Shown one piece after another: positions 38,775 to 49,302 of a stretch of DNA of 64,000 nucleotides. The notes below the pieces were generated by a model. The model had not been told where the DNA came from and searched no databases. It saw nothing but the letters and a program-made list of their open reading frames with translations. How positions within the stretch are numbered: position 1 is the stretch's first letter; each line of letters opens with the position of its first letter. The DNA is from Candidatus Latescibacterota bacterium. Lineage in GTDB: Bacteria; Latescibacterota; UBA2968; UBA8231. The stretch spans positions 4,992,001 to 5,056,000 of the forward strand of contig CBDETK010000013.1 in the NCBI GenBank assembly GCA_965242865.1, read 5' to 3'. Both the position numbers and the translations under genes were made by a program.

Positions 38775-39431
38775 CTCGTCGAGCAACTCGATGCGCCCGG
38801 ACGCGCGCTCCCGCTGCACGCACAACAGCAGATCGCCGCGCTCCACCCGGATTTCGACCGGGCTCGCCACCACCTCGTTGGAGATTCCTTCGCGTACGCC
38901 CGGGATGAGGCTTTCGGACCGCAAGGCCCACTTCAGCCCCTCGGTGGTAATGCCCGTGGCCGCGCCGTTGAGGGGGCACAGGGAAATTTTCTGGCCAATG
39001 GCGGCGCGAAAGCGGATGGCGCGATCGATGAGGCGGATGTCGCAGTAGTCGTCAATCATGCGCAAGGCGAGGCGATCGGCAAAGGTCTTGAGCAGGTTCA
39101 AATTGCCCAGCAGGTGATCGGTGCGCCGGCCGGTAAACCCGAGGAGGACGGCGTACGTGACGCCCAAGGCGACCGCGTGGTTGAGGACTTTTTGGCCGTC
39201 CGTGCCCACATTGCCAGAGGGATCGACGAGGATGAGGCGGTCGTCGGCGCGGGGGTGGGCAATCGAGTCGAGATCGCCGACCGTGTAATCGGGCGCGTAC
39301 CCATAGCGCCGGGCGGTATTGGCTCCGCCATCGGCGCACAGGATCAACTCGGCTTCTTGGGCGCAAGCGGCGAATAATGCTCGCGTAGGCGGCTCCCCAT
39401 TGCCGACGATTAGCGCAGACCGACCGCTCAC
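38766..39431 (-). CDS. thiN: Thiamine diphosphokinase
   Basis: CADGGAN, VGDLDS, TDGQK, GRRTDHLLGN, TTEGLKW, GISNE. Confidence 0.92.
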   Translation of the reverse strand: MSGRSALIVGNGEPPTRALFAACAQEAELILCADGGANTARRYGYAPDYTVGDLDSIAHPRADDRLILVDPSGNVGTDGQKVLNHAVALGVTYAVLLGFTGRRTDHLLGNLNLLKTFADRLALRMIDDYCDIRLIDRAIRFRAAIGQKISLCPLNGAATGITTEGLKWALRSESLIPGVREGISNEVVASPVEIRVERGDLLLCVQRERASGRIELLDESG

Positions 39432-39434
39432 GCT

Positions 39435-41789
39435 TCAGCTTCCCGAGGAAGAAAACCGCGTCGTCAGCCGTACGCCGACTTGGCGCGGGTCGCCGTAGGT
39501 TGTGTACAGCTTGTCGGCGTACTCCGGCGGCTCCAAGCCAAAGTAGAAGCCGCGCACCCCATAGCGCTCGTCGAGCAGGTTGCGGCCCCACAGTTGCACG
39601 GACCAAGCTTGCCGCTCGTAGGCGAGGTGGGCGTTGATCAGTTGGTACGGCTCGGAGACTTGGTCGTGGCTATCGGAGTAGAAGAATTGGTCCATGCCGG
39701 TCAGGACCAGCCGCGCTGCCAAGCCCGACCGATGGCGGTATTCGCCGCCCAAGCTGAAGGTGTAGTTGGGGGCGTGGGCCGCGGCCCGGTCGCCCCTCGG
39801 CTCGGCCCCATCGTCGGTCTCGATGGTGTATCGATCCACATGGGTCGTCAGGTATCCCAGCGAGCCAAACAGATGAACGCCGGGCAGTGGCCGGTAGCTC
39901 TGCTCTAGCTCAATGCCGCTGCTACGTCCACTAGAAGCATTATCCGTGTAGAACGAGAAACTATTGGGATCGTCGGGCCTCTGCTGGCTAGACAGGCTGA
40001 CCTGCTGGTCGGAACGCAGGGTGTGGAACAGGGTCAGCGCGGTGCCCCCTGTACGAAAACCTACTTCGAGATTGGTGGCGTACTCTGGGTCAAAGGGCCG
40101 GTTGAGATCGCTCAGACGCGGGTTCTGATTCACGCCGCCGGATCGGTAGCCCCGCGAAACAGCCCCATAGATGGCCCCACTAGAAGCGATTCGGTAAGTC
40201 AGGGCGATTTTACCACCCCTCAGCCATTGGGCCACATCGAATTCCACCCCGTCCTCGTCTTGCGTGACGCCTTGGTAAGAAGTCGCATTGTGGTCTAGAC
40301 GGAGATTGAAAGCCAACTTCACAGCGTCGCCCAGGTCCCGGCTGTACTGGCCGTAGAATGCCAAGTTGTCCACCGCAAAAGTGCTATTGTGATCGATGGG
40401 GCTACTACTGCCGAACACCCAGCTAGTGGCATCGTCTGACTCTTCAAGGGCTTTGAAGTATGCCCCTAAGATGGCCTCTCCATTGCCGCCACTCTTGAGC
40501 AGGCGCACCTCTTGGGTGAAGGTCGTGCGGTTTCTAAGGGTTCGGTCGAAGAAGTCATTGGTCCATCCATCCCGCTCGGGATCCAGATTGTAGGGTTCCC
40601 GACGCCAGTACTCTTCGTCGTTGCCCCAATCGCCGTCGAAGCTGTACTCTAAGTCGGTCTCCGAATAGGCCGTGTTCGAGACTATGTCTAACCCCAAACC
40701 TTTGAGGGGGACCTCGCCCTTGAGGGAGAAGGCAGTAGTCTCTTGGTGATCCTTGCCCGGATTGTCGGAATGGGTAATCAACTCCTCGTTGTTGTCGTGG
40801 GACCAAGCATCGTAGCCATTGTTTAGGTCGGCGCGGAAAAGGGTGCCCAGCAGTTGCAGACCGCTGTCGAGGGTGTAGCGCACTTTGGCGCGGGCAAATT
40901 TTTCCCACCGACGGTTGGAGTCATCTCTATCCAGAAACACATTGTTTCTGAAGCCATTGGACCGGGCTTCGTGGTAGCCGGCGCGAACAGCCAGCTTCTC
41001 ATTCAGCGGCACATTGACGGTAGCGGCGGCATGCAGTAGGTCGTCGCTTCCCCGGGACACAGTGACCTCGTGGCTGGGAAACGACGATGGGTCGGTCGAC
41101 TGCAAGTTGATCAGGCCGGCCATAGCGTTAGGTCCGAAGATGGTTGACTGCGGCCCTTTGAAAATTTCGATCCGATCCAAATCAAACAGGACCCCGGCCG
41201 TGCCCAACCCACTCAGATCCACGCCATCGAGGACAAAGCCAACTAAGAAATTGGGTGGCTTTTCGCCGACGAAGTGGCTGTTCTCCCCCATGCCTCGGAT
41301 CTGGAAATAGCGCGGCCGGGAGGTGCCGCCAGCCCAGTTGAGATTGGGCACGGCTGGGGTCAAATTCTGAAAGTGGTCGCCGTTGGCCTCTTGCATGCGG
41401 CTCCTGTCCAACACGGTGATGCTGGCCGCTGCTTCGCTCAGGGGCTCTTCTGCGAGGCCCCCTTCGACGATGACCTCCGGTGCTTTTAGGATCTTGGGAT
41501 GAAGGCGGATTAGGATTGCAAAGGATTCTGCTGTCGGCAATAGGCGCACCGTCTCGTACCCAACATGGGAAATGGTGAGCGAATCGCCGAGAGACATCTT
41601 CAAGACAAAGCGGCCCTCGGCGTCCGTAGTGGTAGCTCTATCGCCGGCCTGCACATTGGCCCCGGCCAAGGGGCGTCCGGTGGTCGCGTCCAGCACTTGG
41701 CCGGGCACCTCCTCGGCCTGCGCCCAAGATAGCGTCGATAGCGTCAATAAGCCGGCCAGCAAGCTAGCCGACGGCAGTGAAATTCTCAT
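39435..41789 (-). CDS. TonB-dependent receptor, probably for thiamine
   Basis: Carboxypeptidase-like N domain, plug 'PNLNWAGGTSRPRYFQIRG', 'KGPQSTIFGPNA'; downstream of a TPP riboswitch and upstream of thiN. Confidence 0.88.
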   Translation of the reverse strand: MRISLPSASLLAGLLTLSTLSWAQAEEVPGQVLDATTGRPLAGANVQAGDRATTTDAEGRFVLKMSLGDSLTISHVGYETVRLLPTAESFAILIRLHPKILKAPEVIVEGGLAEEPLSEAAASITVLDRSRMQEANGDHFQNLTPAVPNLNWAGGTSRPRYFQIRGMGENSHFVGEKPPNFLVGFVLDGVDLSGLGTAGVLFDLDRIEIFKGPQSTIFGPNAMAGLINLQSTDPSSFPSHEVTVSRGSDDLLHAAATVNVPLNEKLAVRAGYHEARSNGFRNNVFLDRDDSNRRWEKFARAKVRYTLDSGLQLLGTLFRADLNNGYDAWSHDNNEELITHSDNPGKDHQETTAFSLKGEVPLKGLGLDIVSNTAYSETDLEYSFDGDWGNDEEYWRREPYNLDPERDGWTNDFFDRTLRNRTTFTQEVRLLKSGGNGEAILGAYFKALEESDDATSWVFGSSSPIDHNSTFAVDNLAFYGQYSRDLGDAVKLAFNLRLDHNATSYQGVTQDEDGVEFDVAQWLRGGKIALTYRIASSGAIYGAVSRGYRSGGVNQNPRLSDLNRPFDPEYATNLEVGFRTGGTALTLFHTLRSDQQVSLSSQQRPDDPNSFSFYTDNASSGRSSGIELEQSYRPLPGVHLFGSLGYLTTHVDRYTIETDDGAEPRGDRAAAHAPNYTFSLGGEYRHRSGLAARLVLTGMDQFFYSDSHDQVSEPYQLINAHLAYERQAWSVQLWGRNLLDERYGVRGFYFGLEPPEYADKLYTTYGDPRQVGVRLTTRFSSSGS

Positions 41790-41848
41790 GGATATGCTCC
41801 CTCGTTTTGCATGGACAAAGGCTGCGGAAAGGTTCCGTTGAGGGCGCA

Positions 41849-41881
41849 CAAAAAAACCGCTCGCCCCGGCTGGGCCAGCGG
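41849..41881 (-). terminator. Riboswitch-controlled intrinsic terminator
   Basis: Minus strand CCGCTGGCCCAGCCGGGGCGAGCGG-TTTTTTT. Confidence 0.65.
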
Positions 41882-41902
41882 TGCGTACGCGGTGCGTACG
41901 AC

Positions 41903-41986
41903 ATCCGTTTCCCTACGCTGGCACGATCCAGTTCAGGTTCGAAGGGTGTTAATCTCAGGCCCGCGACCGGGCCACCCCCAACGGAA
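41903..41986 (-). ncRNA. TPP riboswitch
   Basis: Minus strand TCCGTT GGGGGTG...CTGAGA..ACCCTTCGAACCTGAACTGGATCGTGCCAGCGTAGGGAAACGGA matches the THI-box consensus. Confidence 0.95.
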
Positions 41987-42056
41987 GCTATCTCAAGGTT
42001 TTACAATATAGGCCAAGCCCTCACTCGGGGCAATGCGCTCCGCGACGGGCCGCGGG

Positions 42057-42821
42057 CTAAAACGCGTACTTCAGGATGCCGCTCGCCACGTGGGAGTTGT
42101 TGTTTTCCCCTTCGATATACGTTCGGTAAAACTGCCATCCCAAGTCCAAATCCATTTCGTTGAAAGGCACGTTTACGCCGGCGCGCAGGGTTAGCTGCAA
42201 ATCCGTTCCTCGGTCGTCTATCTTCTCGGGCAGTAGTTCCGCAAACTCCCCCAAATTCTCGATAAATGCCTGCGTCGGCTCATCCCGCTCAATATCCAAG
42301 TCTATGTTCGAGCGCATAATGCCCACGCCGCCGCCGAGGTACGGCTTCGCGCCGTCGCCGGGCGTCATGGCCATCTTGGTAGGGTACACGAGCAGATCGA
42401 GCTTCGACTGGAGGGCGACCAAGTTCCCGTCGTAGCTAAAACCAGCAGGCAGCTCAAAATCGCCGCTAGACAACACCTGCGTCAAACTGGCGGGCAGAGA
42501 AACCCCGAGCACCGAGGACTGTTTCGACCAAGCGCCGGTCAGTTCGAGCGCCGCATAATCGGAAATCCCCCTTCCCGCAACCGCCGCGAACCCGAGGCCG
42601 TAGCCAACGGCGAGATCGCCCGAGGCCGTCATCTCGTTGTTCAAGACGGTAAAAGACGTTTGATGGTGCAGATCTTGGGCCAAGGAGACGGCGACCATGG
42701 TGCCGACGTACACCTTTCTTTTGGCTTCGACCGGCTGCGACAGCCCGGGGACGGCATGAGTAACGCACAACGCAGCAGCAACCATTAAGATGGCTGCAAC
42801 GTTCCCTCTCGAATTCTCCAC
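42057..42821 (-). CDS. Outer membrane beta-barrel protein
   Basis: Signal peptide, KPYLGGGVG, terminal aromatic 'LKYAF'. Confidence 0.7.
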   Translation of the reverse strand: MENSRGNVAAILMVAAALCVTHAVPGLSQPVEAKRKVYVGTMVAVSLAQDLHHQTSFTVLNNEMTASGDLAVGYGLGFAAVAGRGISDYAALELTGAWSKQSSVLGVSLPASLTQVLSSGDFELPAGFSYDGNLVALQSKLDLLVYPTKMAMTPGDGAKPYLGGGVGIMRSNIDLDIERDEPTQAFIENLGEFAELLPEKIDDRGTDLQLTLRAGVNVPFNEMDLDLGWQFYRTYIEGENNNSHVASGILKYAF

Positions 42822-42860
42822 GTTTGTCCTCCTTTGTTGGTTGCTGCGTTTATTCCCTCT

Positions 42861-43994
42861 TCAGCTCCCCGGCAACGCATATCGCTCCAATGCCTCCTCG
42901 TCCACCTCAACCCCCAAACCCGGCCGATCGGTGACCTTGTAGTAGCCGTTTTCGGGTTCGTACGGCTCCTTGAGGATCCGACTCTTGAGCGCGTTGGCGT
43001 GGTGGGCGTGCTCCATGATCATGAAGTTCGGGCACGACGCCGACCACTCGACGGTCGCGGCCGTCGCCAAAATTCCACCCCCTCCGATGTGCGGTGCGAC
43101 CGGAATGTTGTACGTGTCGGCCAGCGTCGCAATCCGATGCCCCTCGGTAATCCCCGTCCGAGCGATGTCGTGCATTGCGATGTCGTACGCCCGGCGCTCG
43201 AACTGCTCGCGCATCTCGTAGCGGGTGCGCGCCCACTCCCCGATCGCCACCGCCATATCCAAGGCCCGGGTTATCTCGGCCTGACCCGGGATGTCCTCCG
43301 GCATGATCGGCGCCTCCAGCCAAGTGAACCCTAGCTTTTCGAGTGCGCGCCCCAGCAATATCGCGCTGGCGACCGTTTGCCGCGTATGCGTATCGACCAT
43401 CAGCATGATGCCCGGGCCGACGCGCTGGCGCACGGCGCGGCAAACCTCCGCGACGCCTTCCCCATCGAGCAACAAGTGCAGTTTCAACGCCTTGTACCCG
43501 TAGCTCAGATGCTCCTCAGCCGAATCCGCAACCTCCACCGGGTCTGCGCCGCCCACTCCCGCGTAGAGCAGGATCGCGTCTCGATACCGCCCGCCGGCAA
43601 TTTTGTGAACCGGCTTCTCGACGGCCTTTCCCACGATGTCCCACAGCGCGATGTCAGTCCCGGCGAGCGCGTCGATGTAGAACCCCGTTGGGTGGCCGCG
43701 CTCCCGCATGGCCGCGTAGTTGCGCGTCCAAATCGCCTCGATGTCGAATGGATCGCACCCCATCACCAACGGCCGCACCAATTCGCGCACAATGGTCGCA
43801 GTCGTGTTCGGCGACACCGGCGACTGCGCCTCGCCCCACCCGACGATTCCGTCGTCCGTCTCAATTCGGATAACGGTGGTCTCGTGCTGGCGCGCGTAGA
43901 TCGTGGTGAACGCCGAGCGATCTACGCGGTAATCGCCGCTGGCCTCGCGTTCACCGACCCGCAACGGGAACGCTTTAACATCGGCTATTTTCAT
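42861..43994 (-). CDS. Mandelate racemase/muconate lactonizing enzyme family
   Basis: IETDDGIVGWGE, DIALWDIVGK, KxH, LMVD, WLEAP, AIGE, PGLGVEVD. Confidence 0.92.
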   Translation of the reverse strand: MKIADVKAFPLRVGEREASGDYRVDRSAFTTIYARQHETTVIRIETDDGIVGWGEAQSPVSPNTTATIVRELVRPLVMGCDPFDIEAIWTRNYAAMRERGHPTGFYIDALAGTDIALWDIVGKAVEKPVHKIAGGRYRDAILLYAGVGGADPVEVADSAEEHLSYGYKALKLHLLLDGEGVAEVCRAVRQRVGPGIMLMVDTHTRQTVASAILLGRALEKLGFTWLEAPIMPEDIPGQAEITRALDMAVAIGEWARTRYEMREQFERRAYDIAMHDIARTGITEGHRIATLADTYNIPVAPHIGGGGILATAATVEWSASCPNFMIMEHAHHANALKSRILKEPYEPENGYYKVTDRPGLGVEVDEEALERYALPGS

Positions 43995-44237
43995 TGATTT
44001 GCTCCGTCCTGTTGTCGATAAGCCTGAATCATTCAAACAGCGATTCTCGGCCGCGCAATACAACCCCTAAAGCAGGGGTCTATATCGCCGCCGGGCCGTC
44101 GCCCCATCGCCAACCCCACGCATTCCCCCAAGAGCAAATCTCTGGTCCATCGAGAAGAATGGCAAACTAGAAAGTGACAGGTTACATTCCATGAGTGATT
44201 ATCCGCTTTCGACACAACGGACAAGAAGGACTGTGAA

Positions 44238-44528
44238 ATGCCGATGAAAGACCCACCCCATCCGGGTCTGTCCGTCCGGCGGGATGGTCTAGACCCGTTA
44301 GGGCTAACCGTGACAGAAGCGGCAAAAAAACTCGGGGTTAGCCGGAAGCAGCTATCCGATGTCGTGAATGGTCGTGCGGGGATCTCGCCGCAGATGGCGA
44401 TCCGCCTCGACAAGGCGTTTGGCGGCGGAGCGAACACGTGGTACCGGTTGCAGGCGGCCTACGACTTAGCCCAAGCCATGAAACAGGCCGACCAAGTCAA
44501 AGTCGAGCGGCTATTGACGGTGGAATAG
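44238..44528 (+). CDS. higA: HigA family antitoxin (orphan)
   Basis: [45 protein letters not shown]. Confidence 0.9.
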   Translation: MPMKDPPHPGLSVRRDGLDPLGLTVTEAAKKLGVSRKQLSDVVNGRAGISPQMAIRLDKAFGGGANTWYRLQAAYDLAQAMKQADQVKVERLLTVE

Positions 44529-44553
44529 GTGGAATAGGTAAGGACGTATTTCG

Positions 44554-45439
44554 ATGAGCCGCTACCGGTTGCTGAAGGGTCTGATTCCGTCTTTTTCTCG
44601 GGTTCTACGTGTTCATGATCTGGCTGAAGCCCGTTCTCGGGGTCACCCACGATGAGATATTCCCATTTTTCGATTGGACGCTATTTGATTACATCCCGGA
44701 GTGGCAGATTACGGAAAATGCCCTCGTCGTCCACTCGATAGACGGTAAGCCGGTTTCCGGTACGCGCTACTTGATTCCCAACCATAGCATAAGAGACTGG
44801 AAGGCCCTGGGGAGCACAGTCAACGACTGCCGCCGCTTGGCGGATTGCGATAACGCAGTCAAACAAAGGCTTTACCGAATTGTAAAAAGGCGAGCCAAGG
44901 GAAAGGACGTTGAGTTCAGCATCATCGAGGCTCGCATTGACCTGCGCGAGGTGCAACGCGGCATATACGACTTGGCCAAAGGCGAAGCGAAACGCACCGA
45001 CTTTTTCCAGCTCCGGCCGGAAAACGCAATAGGCCGCTGGACCACGGGAGGGGGCCGGAGCCAGACCGGAAATTGGGACGGCAGTTACGAGGCCGCGAAA
45101 TTGCTGGTCCGCGCCCATTTTGACGTATTCCTCTACGAGAACAACCTGATTTACGTCAGGGACTCCTGCGACCAAACGGACTTGGACACGCGCTTCTTCC
45201 TGCACCTGTATCCGGTGGATAAAAACGACCTTCCCAGCCACCGCAAAAAATACGTCACCGATAACCTCGACTTTAATTTCGGCGATTATCGCTTCCGGTT
45301 GGACGAGGAATGTGTAACGGTGCGGGATCTCCCGGCGTATGAATTTCGCCGCATTCAAACCGGCCAGTTCATAAGCGGGCAAGGCCACCTCTGGGAAGTC
45401 GATATCGAGCTCGCCCCGGCTGAGGGAAAGGATGGGTAG
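44554..45439 (+). CDS. Hypothetical membrane-anchored protein (5' frameshift likely; ORF 44609..45439)
   Basis: EIFPFFDWTLF; C-terminal 'RFFLHLYP.D..DLP......DNLDF.F...C.....LP.Y...I.TGQF'. ATG 44554 with RBS is out of frame. Confidence 0.55.
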
Positions 45440-46412
45440 CTTGAGCCACGGCTGGCTAAGATGGCTGCGGCGCAATGTTCTGCAATTCGACGCCGGGGAC
45501 CGCCGCACCCCGGCCGATTTTTCCCGGGCGGCCGCCGGCGTCGCTCTGCTGGTCCGGTTCTACTACCTGTTCACGTTTTTTACGATAGCTAAATCGTTCC
45601 TCAGATACCATGGAGCCTCCCGCGGCAATCCGCCCACGGACCCGCTGTGGCCGATTCAACTGCTGATGAAGCTGACCGACACCGGCTGGCTGGCCAATGT
45701 ACCCTTTATATCGGCAGCGAGTTTGGCGGTCTCGATGTTGGCGTTCATTTTTCCGAGGGTGCTGGTCTGGCGGTTCGGCGTTTTCCTGTATCTCTTCCTC
45801 GTGGGCGCGCTGAACAATTCTTATGGTTCCATCAATCACGGGGTCCATCTCTACCTGTTCATCAGTTTTGCGCTGCTGTTCCTTCCGCCGGCCCCGGCCC
45901 ATTTAGGGCGGATGTCGCGCAAAGCCGCCATGACGTACATCATGGTATTCTGGTTCATCCAGAGCATCTTGTTATTCTGCTATTCCCTCGCCGGCTTTTG
46001 GAAAATACAGGGCAACCACCTAGAGCTTTTCGCGCCGGATGGCCTCATCCGAATTTTGCTGGAGCGCGTAATGAACGACACCGGCCCCGTGCCTCCTCTG
46101 CTGCCGCTGTTCGTGTCGCAGCAATACCTGCCGCAGCTAATGTTTCTGGGGATAGTTTATACCCAGTTTTTCGCGATCTTTGCTTTGTTCAGGCCGCATT
46201 TGCACCGGCCCTTCGGAATGGTGCTGGTCTCCTTCCACCTAGGAAGCTACTACTTGACAGGCGTCCTCTTCCCTTCCCACATCGTGTTCTTGGCTATGTT
46301 CCTCTTGTTTTCTCCCCTCGCCCCGCGCTTTCACTTTTTGAGTTTGGTGCAGTCGCTGCCGTTGTTGGGAATTCCGTTCCGAAGAAACTGGTGGCGTCGA
46401 TCTAGATATTGA
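45432..46412 (+). CDS. HTTM-like polytopic membrane protein
   Basis: NSYGSINH, YSLAGFWK, LVSFHLG; many TM segments. Confidence 0.65.
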   Translation: MGSLSHGWLRWLRRNVLQFDAGDRRTPADFSRAAAGVALLVRFYYLFTFFTIAKSFLRYHGASRGNPPTDPLWPIQLLMKLTDTGWLANVPFISAASLAVSMLAFIFPRVLVWRFGVFLYLFLVGALNNSYGSINHGVHLYLFISFALLFLPPAPAHLGRMSRKAAMTYIMVFWFIQSILLFCYSLAGFWKIQGNHLELFAPDGLIRILLERVMNDTGPVPPLLPLFVSQQYLPQLMFLGIVYTQFFAIFALFRPHLHRPFGMVLVSFHLGSYYLTGVLFPSHIVFLAMFLLFSPLAPRFHFLSLVQSLPLLGIPFRRNWWRRSRY

Positions 46413-46444
46413 AATAGGGGTTCGGGCACTGGGATGGCGTGGAC

Positions 46445-47329
46445 CTACGCCGGCTCCTCGCCGATGCTCGCCAGCCGAACCTTTGCTTCTGCGTAGAGAT
46501 CGGCCGGCAGCGGCCCGGCCAAGGCCGCGGCGACGTTGGATTGTAGATGCGCGAGGTTGGTCGTGCCGACAATGGTCGTGTGGCACGCTAAGTGCGCGAG
46601 GGTGAATCGCAGGACAAACTCGTGCCGACTCATTCCGCCGGTCAGCTCGTCGAGCCCGGCCCGCTCCCACTTCGACTGACGCTCCTCATTGGCGCGGTGG
46701 CCCAAGCTAATGCCGCCGCGAATGATGATTCCGGCCCCGGCGTCGGCTGCTTGCTGAATCATCCTTTCGTGCTGACGCTCCAAGGCGGAGTAGGGAATCT
46801 GAAATGCATCAAAAGCCCCGGACTCCACAAAGGCGGCCAGATGCGGCACTGTGGAGGACACGCCGATAAACCGGGTTTTGCCCGCCCGTCGGATATCTTC
46901 GAGGACTTCGATCAGCCCGCCCCGCTCGACCTCCTCTGCGGTGGGATTGTGCATCTGGAGCAGATCGACGCAATCGACCTTTAGGCGGCGCAGGCTCTGG
47001 TCGATGTTGGCGCGCAAGCGCTCGGCCGTCCACAGGTGGCTCGGCTCCAGTCGGTGGCCCTCGGCGTCGATGTTGCAGCCGCACTTGGTCGCGAGGAAAA
47101 ACTCGTCGCGGCGGTGGCTGAGAAACCGGCCGATCCGCTCCTCGCTCGCGCCGTAATCCGGGGCGGTGTCGAAAAAATTGATGCCCGCGTCGAGGGCCGC
47201 GTTCAATACGCGGCCGGCCTGAGCGTCGTGCGAGGCTTCATCCGGCAGGCCGCGCTCGGCCGCGCCAAAGCCGAGTTGGGTGACCGCAAGCCCGGTGCGC
47301 CCGAGGGTGCGTTTGGTCAAAGTGTCCAT
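46445..47329 (-). CDS. Aldo/keto reductase
   Basis: LGRTGLAVTQLGFG, GINFFDTAPDYG.SEE.IG, LATKCG, SLRRLKVDCVDLLQMH. Confidence 0.93.
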   Translation of the reverse strand: MDTLTKRTLGRTGLAVTQLGFGAAERGLPDEASHDAQAGRVLNAALDAGINFFDTAPDYGASEERIGRFLSHRRDEFFLATKCGCNIDAEGHRLEPSHLWTAERLRANIDQSLRRLKVDCVDLLQMHNPTAEEVERGGLIEVLEDIRRAGKTRFIGVSSTVPHLAAFVESGAFDAFQIPYSALERQHERMIQQAADAGAGIIIRGGISLGHRANEERQSKWERAGLDELTGGMSRHEFVLRFTLAHLACHTTIVGTTNLAHLQSNVAAALAGPLPADLYAEAKVRLASIGEEPA

Positions 47330-47343
47330 GGCTCCTCCTCAAG

Positions 47344-49302
47344 TTAAGTGCTGCCGAGTGCCCGCTCCCGCACCATTTCGTGCCCCGCAAACAAATCCCG
47401 CGCCACCGTGCCCTGCGCTTGGCGAGGCGGCTCGGCCCCCAGCATCTGGCAGAAGGTGGGCACGACATCAGCGGCGTGGATATACCCCAGCTTGTCCACC
47501 GGCCGCTCGTAGCCTTGCTTTACGCCCGGCCCGGCCAGCAACCACGAGCCAAAGCTGGACGAGGTCTGGCTCTGGGTCGGCAAAAACCCGCCGTGGTGCG
47601 CCCCGTACACATTGGGTGCTCCAACGCAGCCCCCGCCGGCAATGCCCCGCCACTGCCCGTAGTACCCGCTGACGTACCCGTGATCCCAAGCAAAAACGAC
47701 ATCGCCGCATTGGTCGCCCCACTGGCCGAGGAGGTACGCGTCGCGCCGCGGCAGGGCTACGGCCACGGGATTGCGCCCCACTTCTCGGTCGACCCACGTG
47801 CGCAGGGCCAGCAGCAACTCGGTCTCAATGCGGTCGAATGCTGGCCCCGGCTCGGCGTTGATGAAAATGTCGAACCCCTTGTCGTCCTTGAGATAGGCCC
47901 GGGTGCGCGCCCAGTCGATGTCCTCCTCGCGCACCTGATCGCGCACCAATCCCTCTTCCCCGCCCTTGAGGGCCAGAAAGCCCTGCTCGTGCAAAAACTG
48001 CCGGATATTGGCCACCCGCACATCGGGCGAACACCCGTGGTCGGACACCACGCCCACGTACGTCTGCTCATCCGCGTCCTCCCACAGCCGCCCCAAAATG
48101 CGGTCCCCCACCTGATAGGCCCGCCGAAAGTAATCCACGTACTGTTCGGCGCGCTCGGCCGCGTACCCCGGGCACACGGGATCCACATCCCCGAGGTGGA
48201 TGTGGTTGAGGTAGTCAAACAAATGCCAGTGGCAGATAAAGAAGGAACAGCCCCGCTCGCGCAGCATGTAGCGGGCGACCTCGGCAAACCACATCCCTTG
48301 GTACTCGCATTCTTCCAAGGCCGTGTCAAAATCGGCCATCCCGGCCGTGTAGGGCAACATGGAGGCGTGTTCCTGATACGGGCCAAAGCGCTCCACCAAC
48401 TCGCCAGCCAACTCCTCGGGCTGGGTGAAGCCGTCGGTATAGGTCGCCTGAGTGCGGTAGAGCTTGAGGCGGCTGCCGTCTGCGGCCAACTCCATCAGCT
48501 TGAAGCGGAGCGACGCCGGGCGGTTGCTCCCGTCGATGGCAAAGTCCGCCACCGCCCACTCGCTCCATTCGCCGGCCCCGGCAACGGCCACGCAACTTTT
48601 GCCGTCCCGGTCCCGACAGACCAGCACTCGGTCGTACCCCCGCCCGGTCGTGGCCACCGCCAGCAGGTGGAACGCGGTGACATCCCCGCCCAACCGAGCC
48701 ACCACCTCAAGGCGGCTCTCCAGCGGCGGGGCCTTGCTCGCGGGCAGGTTGCGCCACCCTTGCGCCGGCTTGAGCGGCGGGATCGGCTCGACGCTGCGCT
48801 GGGCCTGCCGCACGGCCGTGCCGTCGTGGTCCATCTCAATGGCCTCTGCTCGCGCAGCATCCGTGGTGTAGGCTTGGCAGGTGGCTACTTCAAAATCCGT
48901 GCTGCGGTGCCCGGGGTGGCCGAAGCCATCGACGACAAAGCCGGTTTTTACCCCGGAAGGATGGGCCGCCGGATAGTGGACGGCTACGCTCTGCATGCCC
49001 GCTCGCTCCAAGGCGTTCCAGATCCGCTCGGCGTTGTTGGCTCGCCCGTCAAAACTGTCGATCCGCTGGCCCGGCGCGACTTCCACCCGCCAGCGCGCCA
49101 CCCCGTGCGTCCCCGTGTGTGCTCCGGTCGAAAGCGTGGCCCAGTTGGTCGGGGTCCACACCGGGAAAGAGGGCAGGGTTTGGTTGACCGCGCCCTCTCG
49201 CAACAGGCGTTCAAAGTGGGGCAAGGCCCCTTCGGCCGCGAATCGCTTCATCATGGGGACGATAAAGCCGTCCATGCCAAAGGCGTATATTTTGCGCTCC
49301 AT
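47344..49302 (-). CDS. Alkaline phosphatase superfamily, nucleotide pyrophosphatase/phosphodiesterase type
   Basis: FGMDG, PVWTPTNWATLSTGA (Thr nucleophile), D.LNH, VVSDHG, DVVPT. Confidence 0.85.
   Translation of the reverse strand: MERKIYAFGMDGFIVPMMKRFAAEGALPHFERLLREGAVNQTLPSFPVWTPTNWATLSTGAHTGTHGVARWRVEVAPGQRIDSFDGRANNAERIWNALERAGMQSVAVHYPAAHPSGVKTGFVVDGFGHPGHRSTDFEVATCQAYTTDAARAEAIEMDHDGTAVRQAQRSVEPIPPLKPAQGWRNLPASKAPPLESRLEVVARLGGDVTAFHLLAVATTGRGYDRVLVCRDRDGKSCVAVAGAGEWSEWAVADFAIDGSNRPASLRFKLMELAADGSRLKLYRTQATYTDGFTQPEELAGELVERFGPYQEHASMLPYTAGMADFDTALEECEYQGMWFAEVARYMLRERGCSFFICHWHLFDYLNHIHLGDVDPVCPGYAAERAEQYVDYFRRAYQVGDRILGRLWEDADEQTYVGVVSDHGCSPDVRVANIRQFLHEQGFLALKGGEEGLVRDQVREEDIDWARTRAYLKDDKGFDIFINAEPGPAFDRIETELLLALRTWVDREVGRNPVAVALPRRDAYLLGQWGDQCGDVVFAWDHGYVSGYYGQWRGIAGGGCVGAPNVYGAHHGGFLPTQSQTSSSFGSWLLAGPGVKQGYERPVDKLGYIHAADVVPTFCQMLGAEPPRQAQGTVARDLFAGHEMVRERALGST

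Noticed and set aside
44130-44230. Possible higB remnant (LWSIEKNG) upstream of higA
   Set aside because: Similarity is limited to a few residues and cannot be distinguished from chance.
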